Origin: Actinomycetota bacterium
Lineage (GTDB): Bacteria > Actinomycetota > UBA4738 > HRBIN12
Assembly: GCA_044869895.1 (NCBI GenBank)
Contig: JBIOXZ010000086.1
Span: 1-54,136, forward strand
Length of the DNA: 54,136 bases
Direction of reading: 5' to 3'
Shown: positions 8,334 through 17,273 of the stretch, piece after piece
How the letters are laid out: each line of letters opens with the position of its first letter
How positions within the stretch are numbered: position 1 is the first letter of the stretch
Position numbers and translations under genes: made by a program
Notes under the pieces: generated by a model
Told to the model about the DNA's origin: nothing
Databases searched by the model: none
The model's input: the letters and a program-made list of their open reading frames with translations, nothing else

Positions 8334-9482
8334 TCAGTACAGGAACATCGGCTTACCGTCGACGTGCTGGATCTTCGGCCGGTAGTTCTGCACGTCGTAC
8401 AGCGCCCCGACGTCGACGCGCTTCACCCCCTGGCGAACCACGGCGATCGGCACGTTCACGTAGTTCCCGTTGCGCAAGGCCACCAGGCGCCCCACGTTTG
8501 TCTCGATCACCAGGTCCGCGGCCATGACCGCGTAGTTGATGGCCACCATGAGGTCGAGGGAGTCGGGCGTGCCGGACCGCATGAGGTACCCGAGCTGCTG
8601 GTAGATGATCCCCTCACCGGTGATCTGCTTCAGGGCTTCGCCCGTGATCTGGCCGACGCCCCCGAGCTTGCGGTGCCCGTAGGCGTCCTCGTGCTTCCCC
8701 ATCACCATCTTGCCGCCGACCATGGTGGCGCCCTCGGAGATCGTCATCATGGCGTACCTGCTGGGGTTGGCCGCCTTGTCCTGCATCAGCAACCCGGCGA
8801 GGCGCTCGATGTCGAACGGGACCTCCGAGATAATGGCCCGGTCCACTCCGGCCAGGTACGCAGAGACGAGCGACGTTTCCCCACTGTACCGTCCGAACAC
8901 CTCCACCACGGCCAGGCGCTCGTGCGAGCCCGCGCTGGTGCGGAGCTGGTGGGCGAAGTTCACCGTTCGGGTGATGGCCGTGGAGAACCCGATGCAATAG
9001 TCGGTTCCGTGGACGTCGTTGTCCATGGTCTTGGGGATGGCCACCACCGGCACCCCTTCGTCGTGGAGCCGGAGGGCGAACGACAGCGTGTCGTCGCCGC
9101 CGATGGGGATCATGGCGTCGATCCCGAGCCGCTCCAGGGCCTTCAGGACGTGGGACGTGTGGTCACGGGGTTCGTCCTCCGGACCCTCGGTCCGCAGGAA
9201 CGACGGCTCGTCCTTGGCCTTGACCTTGGCCGGATTCGTTCGGGACGTGTGCAGGAACGTCCCGCCCGATCGGTCGATGGTCCGCACCACCGCCGGCGTG
9301 AGCGCCACCGTATTGGCCGCCACCGACTGGCCGTCCTCCGGATCGCACTCGAGGAGCCCGGCCCATCCCCGGCGTATGCCCACCACCGAGTGCCCCTCCT
9401 CGGCGGCCCGATTGGTCACCGCCTTGATGCAGGCGTTCAGCCCGGGGACGTCGCCCCCGCCGGTCAGCACACCGATCCTCAT
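8334..9482 (-). CDS. pfp: 6-phosphofructokinase, PPi-dependent-type signature (GGDD)
   Basis: The sequence reads [22 protein letters not shown]...[12 protein letters not shown]...[18 protein letters not shown] trimmed the start to Met41 of the track ORF; it overlaps the stop of the upstream pfk paralog as ATGA (9479-9482). Confidence 0.8.
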   Translation of the reverse strand: MRIGVLTGGGDVPGLNACIKAVTNRAAEEGHSVVGIRRGWAGLLECDPEDGQSVAANTVALTPAVVRTIDRSGGTFLHTSRTNPAKVKAKDEPSFLRTEGPEDEPRDHTSHVLKALERLGIDAMIPIGGDDTLSFALRLHDEGVPVVAIPKTMDNDVHGTDYCIGFSTAITRTVNFAHQLRTSAGSHERLAVVEVFGRYSGETSLVSAYLAGVDRAIISEVPFDIERLAGLLMQDKAANPSRYAMMTISEGATMVGGKMVMGKHEDAYGHRKLGGVGQITGEALKQITGEGIIYQQLGYLMRSGTPDSLDLMVAINYAVMAADLVIETNVGRLVALRNGNYVNVPIAVVRQGVKRVDVGALYDVQNYRPKIQHVDGKPMFLY

Positions 9483-10549
9483 CCGAAGAACACCTCGGCC
9501 ATCCGGTACAGCGCCTCCGGAACCCGCCGGACCTCGGCGATAGCTTCCTTGAGTGGCACGGTGGTGATCTCGCTTCCCTTGGCCGCCACCATCGTCCCCC
9601 ATTCTCCTCGCGCGGCGGTGTCCACGGCGGCGATGCCCAACCTGGTGGCCAGGATGCGGTCAGTCGCCACCGGAGTGCCACCCCGCTGGACGTGGCCGAG
9701 GACGGTGACCCGTGTCTCGAATCCGGTCATCCGCTCGATCTCCGGGCCCAGGACCGCGGAGATCCCCCCGAACCGTGGGAACCCGCGCTCGTCCACCGGG
9801 AGCTCGGGAAGGGTCAGGGTGTCGGGCTTGGGGACGGCTCCCTCGGCCACCACCACGATGGAGAACGATCGTCCCCGCGAATGTCGCCGCTGCAGGTGCG
9901 CGGTCACGTCCCGAAGGTCGAACGGCATCTCGGGGATCAGGATCGCGTCCCCGCCGCCGGCCGTGCCCGCGAAGAGGGCGATCCATCCGGCGCTCCTGCC
10001 CATCACCTCAACCAGCATCACCCGGTTGTGGCTCTCCGCCGTGCTGTGCAGCCGGTCGATAGCGTCGGTGGCGATCTGGACGGCCGTGTGGAATCCGATG
10101 CAGAAGTCCGTGCCGGAGAGGTCGTTGTCGATGGTCTTGGGGATCCCGATGACCGCGAGATCCTCCTCGGTCATGCTGGCCGCCGCTCCCAGGGTCCCCT
10201 CTCCGCCGATGGCGATCAGCCCTTCGATCTGGAGCTCCTCGAACGTGGCCCGGACCCTGTCGATGCCGCCTTCGTGGTACGGATCGGCCCCCGAGCTGCC
10301 CAGGATGGTTCCTCCCCGGTGCAAGATCCCGCGCACCGATTCGATCGAGAGCTCGATGACGTCCCCGTCCATCACCCCGCGCCAGCCGTTGCGGAACCCC
10401 ACGACTTCCCATCCCCGGCCGCCGATGGCGCTTCGGACGACGGCACGGATCGCCCCGTTCAGGCCCGGACAGTCCCCTCCGCCGGTCAGCACGCCTATGC
10501 GCTTCGTCGGAACGGGCCCCTTGGACGGCCGGGCGGAGGTAGTTGCCAT
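9479..10549 (-). CDS. pfkA: 6-phosphofructokinase, ATP-dependent-type signature (GGEG)
   Basis: The sequence reads [23 protein letters not shown]...[12 protein letters not shown]...[18 protein letters not shown]...LGHVQRGG. I trimmed the start to [10 protein letters not shown] (ATG 10549). Confidence 0.8.
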   Translation of the reverse strand: MATTSARPSKGPVPTKRIGVLTGGGDCPGLNGAIRAVVRSAIGGRGWEVVGFRNGWRGVMDGDVIELSIESVRGILHRGGTILGSSGADPYHEGGIDRVRATFEELQIEGLIAIGGEGTLGAAASMTEEDLAVIGIPKTIDNDLSGTDFCIGFHTAVQIATDAIDRLHSTAESHNRVMLVEVMGRSAGWIALFAGTAGGGDAILIPEMPFDLRDVTAHLQRRHSRGRSFSIVVVAEGAVPKPDTLTLPELPVDERGFPRFGGISAVLGPEIERMTGFETRVTVLGHVQRGGTPVATDRILATRLGIAAVDTAARGEWGTMVAAKGSEITTVPLKEAIAEVRRVPEALYRMAEVFFG

Positions 10550-10621
10550 GGCGGTACGACCGATTCTACGCTGGGCCCCTCGGGCGCCCATCATGGAGGG
10601 GGCGAACGAGACGGGGGAAGA

Positions 10622-11677
10622 ATGCGAACGAGGGGCTTCGCCCTGATCGTCGCGCTCACGGCCATCCTGGTCTCGGCGCCGGCCGCTGCATCTCCTATCG
10701 GACAGCAGCTCTCACAGGCCCGAGCGGACAGGGAAGCCAAGCTCGTCAGGCTTGCCCAGCTCCGCGGCGAGCTGAAAGCCCTGAACGTTCGCTATTCGGT
10801 CCTGGAACGCCAGGCCGGCAGGGCTTCCCTTCAACTGGTGGAGGCGACCCTGGAGGCCCAGGAAGCTCGGTTCGCGGTGGCGGCGGCCCAGGCCATGCTC
10901 GACCTCCATGCGAGGACGGTCTACGAGGTCGGCCCGAGCGGCGTCATCGAGGCGCTGCTCTCCGCTGAGACCTTCGCCGATGTGGCCGCAGCAAACGAGT
11001 ACTCCGCCCGGGCGTTGGGAGCGGACGCCGACGTGCTGCAGGCCAGCGAGTCGGCCCAGGCCGTGCTGGCCGTGAAGCGGGCCGACGCGGCCCTCGTGCG
11101 GCAGCGCCTCGTCTCGAAGCAGACCGCGCTGGCGTCGATCCTGGCCGAGATGCGGAGCGCGGTGACCGAGGCGGCGCGCCTGGCCGATCAGGCCGGGCGG
11201 ACGGTGGCCTCGCTCGAGGCGCAACAGGCGGCCATCGAAAGTGCCATGGAGCGAGAGGCGGGCAGGGACCTGATCGTCGGCGGAGTGGTGGGTGCGGACC
11301 AGTCCAAGCTGCTCGCGCTCCTCGGGCCGACGGGCGGCCGGACGTGTGAGATCCCCGACGGCCTGCGCGACACGGGCAAGAGCTTCTCCGGCCTGGCTAC
11401 CTGGTACGGATGGGAGTTCGCCGGACAGGGCACGGCGAGCGGGGCCGTCTTCGATCCCCGCCTGTTCACGGCGGCCAACCGATGGCTGCCGTTCGGGTCG
11501 TTCGTCCGGGTTCGATACGGCGGCACGTGCGCGATCGTGCTGATCAACGACCGAGGACCGTTCGGCGACGAGGATCGGGTGCTCGACCTGTCCATGGCGG
11601 CGGCGAGCTACCTGGGGATCGGGCTGTCGCCCGTGCAAGCGGACGTCCTGGTTCCGGCGGCCGGCATCGCCGGTTGA
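10622..11677 (+). CDS. secreted RlpA-like double-psi beta-barrel (DPBB) protein with long coiled-coil N-terminal region
   Basis: The signal peptide is [24 protein letters not shown]. An Ala/Leu/Gln/Arg-rich region follows. The C-terminus is [66 protein letters not shown], the RlpA/3D-type motif. The first ~310 codons of track ORF 9692.. are antisense to pfkA. Confidence 0.75.
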   Translation: MRTRGFALIVALTAILVSAPAAASPIGQQLSQARADREAKLVRLAQLRGELKALNVRYSVLERQAGRASLQLVEATLEAQEARFAVAAAQAMLDLHARTVYEVGPSGVIEALLSAETFADVAAANEYSARALGADADVLQASESAQAVLAVKRADAALVRQRLVSKQTALASILAEMRSAVTEAARLADQAGRTVASLEAQQAAIESAMEREAGRDLIVGGVVGADQSKLLALLGPTGGRTCEIPDGLRDTGKSFSGLATWYGWEFAGQGTASGAVFDPRLFTAANRWLPFGSFVRVRYGGTCAIVLINDRGPFGDEDRVLDLSMAAASYLGIGLSPVQADVLVPAAGIAG

Positions 11678-11713
11678 GCCAACCCCGCGTCGGCGTTGGG
11701 TACAGTTGGCCCC

Positions 11714-11851
11714 ATGGTCGCCGCCTGGGGATTCCTGGAATGGTTCTTCGTCATCGCGCTGCTCGGGCTGACCGGCGCGGTGGGCCTGGCCTTCGTGTAC
11801 ATCGTGGCCCAGCTGTTCCTGAATCCCGGCCGCAAGGCCAAACGCACCTGA
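11714..11851 (+). CDS. 45-aa single-pass membrane mini-protein (below the ORF-track length cut-off)
   Basis: ATG 11714 opens MVAAWGFLEWFFVIALLGLTGAVGLAFVYIVAQLFLNPGRKAKRT and ends at TGA 11849-11851. There is one clear TM helix followed by a basic tail. Nearly every codon ends in G/C, like bona fide genes here. There is no strong SD. Confidence 0.45.
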   Translation: MVAAWGFLEWFFVIALLGLTGAVGLAFVYIVAQLFLNPGRKAKRT

Positions 11852-11881
11852 TGTTCGTACCCGCTCGAATCGCCCAGGGCC

Positions 11882-12589
11882 TCAGCCGGCCTCCGGAGGG
11901 CTCTCGGGCTCGGGCAGCCTGAGCTCCGCCACGACCGGCAAGTGGTCCGAGGCCAGCCTGGCGTCGGGTCCGGGCGGCACGATCACCCGAAGGGCGCCCA
12001 CACCCTCCGACACGAACAGGAAGTCGATCCTGGCCGAGGGCTCGGAGGCCGGAAACGTCTCGCCGGAGACGTCGCCGCCCAACAACCACGCGTCCCAGTA
12101 CCGCTTGGCCAGGAAGGCCACCGCCCTTCCGTCGGGTAGCTCGTTGAAGTCCCCGCCGATCAGGACCGGCCCGGCAAGCCCTCGGGCGATATCGGAGATC
12201 TCCTCGACGCTGTGGATCCGTTCGAGCGGATGGAGCCCGAGATGCACCGAGATGGCCCACATCCGAAACCCGGACCGGCCGACCTGGGCGATGAGCGCGC
12301 CCCGCGGATACAGACGGCGCCGTACGTCCCTGAACCGGTGGAGGCGGCGCGACAGGATCCGCCACGGCGGCCGGACGAGCACCGCGTTCTTCACCCTCCG
12401 GCGAAGGGGAGACCACGGATCGGTGGCCGCGTCCATGCTCAAGGCCTTGGAGAACCGGCGGAGCCGGCGGCGGCTGCCGGTCTCGTTCAGCACCACGAGG
12501 TCGGGCCGGAAGTGGCCCACCAGCCGGATCACGCGGTCCGATCCGTCCTGGAACCCACGGACGTTGTACACGACCACTCGAAGCTGCAC
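11882..12589 (-). CDS. endonuclease/exonuclease/phosphatase (EEP) family protein
   Basis: 235 aa with VVYNVRG...PDLVVLNE...VHL...GGDFN...DHLPVVAEL, which is the EEP catalytic motif order. Confidence 0.75.
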   Translation of the reverse strand: MQLRVVVYNVRGFQDGSDRVIRLVGHFRPDLVVLNETGSRRRLRRFSKALSMDAATDPWSPLRRRVKNAVLVRPPWRILSRRLHRFRDVRRRLYPRGALIAQVGRSGFRMWAISVHLGLHPLERIHSVEEISDIARGLAGPVLIGGDFNELPDGRAVAFLAKRYWDAWLLGGDVSGETFPASEPSARIDFLFVSEGVGALRVIVPPGPDARLASDHLPVVAELRLPEPESPPEAG

Positions 12590-12619
12590 GGGGGGAGCCT
12601 ATCCCGGGCCCGGCCGGCC

Positions 12620-13558
12620 TCAGGGAACGATCCTGGTCCCGGCCCGGCCCGCGAGGACCTCCGAAGCGTCCTCCAGGTCGCCGATGAAGGCTCGACGGCC
12701 CTCTTGGGCGTCCACGAACTCGATGGCAGCCTGGACCTTGGGACCCATGGACCCGGCGGTGAACTCGCCGGCCTCCATGAGCTGCCCGGCCTGTGCCACG
12801 GTGAGCCGTTCGATCGGTGCCGCCAGATCGGTCCCGAAGCCCTTCACCACGTTCTTCACGTCGGTGAGGATCAGGAGCACCGAGGCCTCCACGTCCCGGG
12901 CCAGGATGGCCGCCGCCAGGTCCTTGTCGACCACACCCTCCACTCCCACCAGCCTGGGACCCTCCTCGATCACGGGGACGCCGCCTCCGCCCGAGGCGAT
13001 GACGACGACCCCTTCCGCCACGAGCGAGCGGATCACCGGGGCCTCCACGATCGAGTACGGCGCGGGGGAGGGCACCACCCGGCGCAATCCCCCGTGGGGA
13101 TCGGGGCGCATCACGTAGCCCCGCTCGGCCTCCAGCTGCTTCGCCTCGTCCTGCTCGTAGAACGGACCGATCGGCTTGGTGGGGTTCTCGAAGGCCGGGT
13201 CGTCGGCCCGGACCCGGGTCAGCGTCAGGACCGCTGCGACTGGCCGCTCCATCCCCCGCTCGTAGAACACGTCGCCGATGGTGACCTGGAGCAGGTACCC
13301 GATCTGGCCCTGGCTCTCGGCCCCGCAGACGTCCAGGGGCATGGGATGGACCGACCTCCGAGCCGATTCCTGCTGGAGGAGGATCCGTCCGACCTGGGGC
13401 CCGTTGCCATGGGTCACGACCACTTCCCACCCGGCGGATGCGATGTCCGCGACCTTCTCGGCCGCCCGACGGGCCGAGTCGTACGCGTTCTCGAACGTGT
13501 CCTCCTCGTCTCGGCGGAGCAGGGCGTTCCCGCCGAGGGCGACCACGACGCGTTCCAT
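12620..13558 (-). CDS. arcC: carbamate kinase
   Basis: The sequence reads VVALGGNALL...VVTHGNGPQVG...SQG.IGY...GGGGVPV...DKDLAAA.LA...L.ILTDV, typical of the amino-acid kinase family (ArcC). Confidence 0.85.
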   Translation of the reverse strand: MERVVVALGGNALLRRDEEDTFENAYDSARRAAEKVADIASAGWEVVVTHGNGPQVGRILLQQESARRSVHPMPLDVCGAESQGQIGYLLQVTIGDVFYERGMERPVAAVLTLTRVRADDPAFENPTKPIGPFYEQDEAKQLEAERGYVMRPDPHGGLRRVVPSPAPYSIVEAPVIRSLVAEGVVVIASGGGGVPVIEEGPRLVGVEGVVDKDLAAAILARDVEASVLLILTDVKNVVKGFGTDLAAPIERLTVAQAGQLMEAGEFTAGSMGPKVQAAIEFVDAQEGRRAFIGDLEDASEVLAGRAGTRIVP

Positions 13559-13585
13559 GGGGAAGGCCTCCTGTTCGTTGGGGAA

Positions 13586-14896
13586 CTAGAGCACGGGGGC
13601 CAGCGCGTTCGCGATCGTGGGCGAGCCGTCGAGCACCTCGAGCTCGTAGCGCACCCGCACCGCGGGCTTCGTGATGTTGATGACATGCCGAAGGTCGATG
13701 GGCGACGCGATGACCACGAGGTCCGCATCAACCATCTCGATCATCTTCTCCATCTCCCGGAGCTGGACTTCCGAATAGCCCATCGCCGGGAGCACCGGCC
13801 CGACGTCGTACTTGCGGTAGGTCTCTTCGAGCGTCCCGACAGCGTAGGGGCGGGGGTCGACGATCTCGGCCGCGCCGTTCCGCTTGGCCGCCACGACGCC
13901 TGCCCCGAACTTCATGTCGCCGTGGGTGAGGGTCGGCCCGTCCTCCACAACCAGCACGCGCTTGCCGGCCATCTCCTGTCCGCCTTCCACGGTCACCGCG
14001 CTGTTCGCCCTGACGACCATGGCTCTCGGATTGATCCGGTCGATCGTGCGCTCGATCTTCCCCACCTGCTCTGGAGTGGCCGAGTCGATCTTGTTGATGA
14101 CGACGACGTCGGCCATCCGAAGGTTGGCCTCTCCTGGATGGTAGGTGGTCTCGTGACCCGCGCGAAGCGGGTCCGCAACCACGACATGGACGGTCGGCCG
14201 GTAGAACGGGAGGTCGTTGTTCCCCCCATCCCAAAGAAGCACATCGCACTCGCCCTGGGCTTGGCGCAGGATCTCTCCGTAGTCGACTCCGGCGTACACC
14301 ACGGTGCCTGCGTTGATGTGCGGTTCGTATTCCTCTCGCTCCTCGATCGTCACGTTGGCCCGGTCGAGGTCCTTCAGCGCGGCGAACCGCTGGACACGCT
14401 GGGCGACCAGGTTCCCGTAGGGCATGGGGTGGCGAACGGCGACCACGCGCTTGCCTGCGCGTCGAAGGGTGGCCGCCACGGCGCGAGTGGTCTGGCTCTT
14501 CCCCGCCCCCGTTCGCACGGCGCACACGGCGACGACGGGCACCGCGGCCTCGAGCATGGTGTCACCGGGGCCGAGAAGCACGAGGTTCGCGCCCGCGGCC
14601 AGGACCTCACTCGCCTTGTGCATCACGTCCAGGTGGGAGACGTCCGAGTACGCGAACACGACGTCGGACACGCCAAGCTGCTTGATCAACCGGGTGAGCT
14701 CGCGTTCCTCATAGATGCGGATCCCCTTTGGGTAGAGCCGCCCGGCCAGCTCACGCGGGTAGATCCGATCGTCGATGAACGGGATCTGAGTCGCTGTGAA
14801 CGCGACAACCTGGTACCGCTTGTCGCCACGGAAGACGACGTTGAAGTTGTGGAAGTCGCGCCCAGCGGCGCCCATGATCAGCACGCGCCGCGGCAT
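13586..14896 (-). CDS. P-loop protein of the COG2403 / cyclic-2,3-diphosphoglycerate-synthetase-like family ('predicted GTPase')
   Basis: 436 aa with IMGAAGRDFHNFN...FTATQIP...AVRTGAGKSQTTR (Walker A)...RHPMPYG...TIEEREEYEP...WDGGNND...VEDGPTLTHG...PAMGYS. A good SD (GGAAAGGA) precedes ATG 14896. Confidence 0.7.
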   Translation of the reverse strand: MPRRVLIMGAAGRDFHNFNVVFRGDKRYQVVAFTATQIPFIDDRIYPRELAGRLYPKGIRIYEERELTRLIKQLGVSDVVFAYSDVSHLDVMHKASEVLAAGANLVLLGPGDTMLEAAVPVVAVCAVRTGAGKSQTTRAVAATLRRAGKRVVAVRHPMPYGNLVAQRVQRFAALKDLDRANVTIEEREEYEPHINAGTVVYAGVDYGEILRQAQGECDVLLWDGGNNDLPFYRPTVHVVVADPLRAGHETTYHPGEANLRMADVVVINKIDSATPEQVGKIERTIDRINPRAMVVRANSAVTVEGGQEMAGKRVLVVEDGPTLTHGDMKFGAGVVAAKRNGAAEIVDPRPYAVGTLEETYRKYDVGPVLPAMGYSEVQLREMEKMIEMVDADLVVIASPIDLRHVINITKPAVRVRYELEVLDGSPTIANALAPVL

Positions 14897-15041
14897 CCAG
14901 GGTCCTTTCCAAAGGGTCCGAAGGGGTGTGATGCGCGGGGCGGAACCGGCCCGCTCTTCACGACGAGCTTACCGCACGAACGGCCGAGATTCCATCCGCC
15001 GCAAGGGGTTCCGCCTCGGCCTGACGGCCTCGGCCGGGCCC

Positions 15042-17270
15042 TCAGCCGGAGCCGCGGGGCCCGCGGGCGGTGGTTCGGACGATCGAGCGCCCCTTGGTCT
15101 CCGAGCCAACCAGGCTGACGACGTCGGCCCGAGGCATGCTGAAGGAGAAGGTCGAACCCTCGCCCGGCTCGGAGACCAGCCACAGCCGGCCGGACATGGC
15201 CTCGACCAGCTGGCGGGCGATGTACAGGCCGAGGCCCGTGCCGCCAGTACGCCGGTCGGATCCGTTCTCCACCCGGAAGAACCGGTCGAACACCCGGTTC
15301 TGGTCCGACAGCAGGATCCCGGTCCCCCGGTCTCGAACCGAGACGACGCCCTCTCCACCCACCGAGTAGGCGCTGACCTCCACCGGGGCGTCCGCGGGTG
15401 AGTACTTCACGGCATTGGACACCAGGTTGGCCAGCACCTGTTGGATCCGGAACCCGTCGGCGTTGACCAGGATCGGCGTGTCGGGCTGGATGAAGGTGAT
15501 CGAGCGCTTGGGATGCTGAGCGGCGATCTCTGCGATCTGCTCCTCCACCAGCCGGGTCAGCTCGATCGGCGAGGGGTCAACGAGCAGCGCTCCGGAGTCG
15601 ATCTGCGACACGTCGAGCAGGTCGGTGATCAGCCGCTCCAGCTTGTCGGCCTGGCGCAGCATGATCCGGTAGTACTCCCGGCGTGCCTCCGGCGAGTCCT
15701 CCGCCGTCCCCTGGAGCAGGCTGGCCAGGAAGCCCTTCAGCGGCGTGAGCGGCGACCTGAGCTCGTGGGACACCATGGCCACGAAGTCTTTCTTCATCTG
15801 CTCGGTCTGCACCTCCGTGGTCACGTCGTGCGCCACCACCACACAAGCCTTCTGCGCTCCTTCCCGGTCCCTGATGGGCGTGCCCGTGTGCCGGATCCAT
15901 CGCCGCTCCCCCTCCTTGGTCACGAACAGCGAGTCGCTGGCCTCCCCCGGCTCGGTCCGATCGAACAACGCGACCAGATCGTCGCCGCCCGGGGACGGAC
16001 CACCGAGGACCTCCTCGTACACCCGCCCTTCGACCTCCCTGCAGGTGAAACCGGTGATCCGCTCCATGGCCGGATTCCACGACAGGATCCTGCCGTCATG
16101 GGAGATCACGAATACGCCGTCCGAGGTGTGGTCCACGATCTCGGCCAGCTGAGCCTGCTGGAAGGTCTGTGCGAACAGCCGGTGGTTCTGGATGAGAACG
16201 GAGATCTGCGACGCCAGGGTCTCCAGGACCGACCGCTCCGAGGGGGAGAGTGGCTCCTTGCGGTAGATGGCCAGGACCCCGTTCGCGTCCTCCTGCCCAC
16301 CGATCAGCGCGATCTGGGGACCGAGGTCCTCGTGGACCCGAACGAACGCCTCGAGCCGGCCGCGAACGCCGCTGCCCCCGGCCTCTGAGGTGAATGAGCG
16401 CTTCCCGTCGGAGCCGTGCACGGTGATCCGGTCATGCTCCAACACCACGAGCTCGACCGCCTCGGCCTCGAGCATCTGCTCCAAGACGACGAGGAACGGC
16501 TGAAAGTCGTCGGCGGCCGAGAGCGGAGCGGCGAGGGCCCGGCCCGCCTCGTAGAGGTCGCGCATCCGGTTGCTCTCGCGCACCGTGCGGACCCACTGGC
16601 CGTACGCCAGGTAGGAAAGGACGATGGGGAACGCCAGAAGCGGCAGGCCAGCCGGGTTGGTGGCCCACAGGATCGCACCCAGCACACCGAGGGCGGTGTT
16701 GCCCGCCCAATGCAGCACGTTCAGCCCGAGCGGCGGCAGGAGCACGGTCAGGAATCGCTTCCGCTCCACCAGCGAGACCACGAGCACGACGAGGTTCGCG
16801 TTCACCAGGAAGTAGGCCGACATGGCGATGGCCACCGCCGCCCACGTCCACGGCTGGAGGGCGGACCCGGGGCGAAGCGCGTGGAATGCGATCTCGGCCA
16901 GGGTGATGCCGACCACGAACTGACTGACGTTGAAGGCGATCTTCATCGGGGCCCACCGCCGGGCCAGGTGGCCGACCAGGACGCCCGCCGCCACGGCGAA
17001 GGTGAGCACGCTGGAATGCGCGAGCGGCAGGGCGGCGGCCCACAGGGCGTCCGTGAGGGAGAAGTTCACGGTCTCGGTACGGTGCCGGAGCGGGATCGAG
17101 AACTGTTCGGCCACCGCAATGCCCACCGTCAGGGCGGCGAAGGCGAGCACGTCCTTCATGGTCCACGACGGCACGTCGGCCAGGCGCACCCCGAGGGCGA
17201 GGGCCGCGGCGGCCGCCGTGAAGAGGATCAGGCGGCGGGCCGAGATCGGGAGGGTCATCGGTACCCCCAT
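15042..17270 (-). CDS. sensor histidine kinase: multi-TM N-terminal domain, PAS, HisKA, HATPase_c
   Basis: About 8 hydrophobic helices occupy the first 230 aa. A PAS-like segment follows (DGVFVISHDGRILSWNPAMERITGF). The H-box is SHELRSPLTPLKGF and the ATPase motifs are NLVSNAVKYS, RDRGTGI and GGTGLGLYIA. Confidence 0.85.
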   Translation of the reverse strand: MGVPMTLPISARRLILFTAAAAALALGVRLADVPSWTMKDVLAFAALTVGIAVAEQFSIPLRHRTETVNFSLTDALWAAALPLAHSSVLTFAVAAGVLVGHLARRWAPMKIAFNVSQFVVGITLAEIAFHALRPGSALQPWTWAAVAIAMSAYFLVNANLVVLVVSLVERKRFLTVLLPPLGLNVLHWAGNTALGVLGAILWATNPAGLPLLAFPIVLSYLAYGQWVRTVRESNRMRDLYEAGRALAAPLSAADDFQPFLVVLEQMLEAEAVELVVLEHDRITVHGSDGKRSFTSEAGGSGVRGRLEAFVRVHEDLGPQIALIGGQEDANGVLAIYRKEPLSPSERSVLETLASQISVLIQNHRLFAQTFQQAQLAEIVDHTSDGVFVISHDGRILSWNPAMERITGFTCREVEGRVYEEVLGGPSPGGDDLVALFDRTEPGEASDSLFVTKEGERRWIRHTGTPIRDREGAQKACVVVAHDVTTEVQTEQMKKDFVAMVSHELRSPLTPLKGFLASLLQGTAEDSPEARREYYRIMLRQADKLERLITDLLDVSQIDSGALLVDPSPIELTRLVEEQIAEIAAQHPKRSITFIQPDTPILVNADGFRIQQVLANLVSNAVKYSPADAPVEVSAYSVGGEGVVSVRDRGTGILLSDQNRVFDRFFRVENGSDRRTGGTGLGLYIARQLVEAMSGRLWLVSEPGEGSTFSFSMPRADVVSLVGSETKGRSIVRTTARGPRGSG

Positions 17271-17273
17271 CGT

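Noticed and set aside
8334-9602. N-terminal extensions of many track ORFs: 8334..9602, 9479..10594, 20704..22626, 28595..29509, 29176..30153, 31073..32395, 33778..34812, 34245..35351, 43802..44458, 48346..49407 and 49420..50025.
   Set aside because: The extra residues overlap the upstream gene and are Arg/Gly/Pro-rich with atypical codons. They precede an internal Met or Val that coincides with the family's usual N-terminus, an SD sequence or a 4-nt stop-start overlap. I trimmed the starts accordingly.
8073-10646. A very long + strand ORF (857 aa) and similar giants elsewhere: 870..2453 +, 12212..15118 +, 16416..18341 +, 20683..22635 +, 25771..27339 -, 39568..41274 -, 46287..48626 +, 49902..51965 - (N-terminal part) and 52212..54071 -.
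   Set aside because: Each lies antisense to, or out of frame with, a gene carrying unmistakable family motifs (PFKs, carbamate kinase/COG2403, histidine kinase/S8, NuoF-like, FTHFS, exonuclease, KorA, MetH). Their translations are Arg/Pro/Gly/His-rich low-complexity strings with no motifs. This is the usual stop-codon-poor shadow effect in DNA of about 70% GC.
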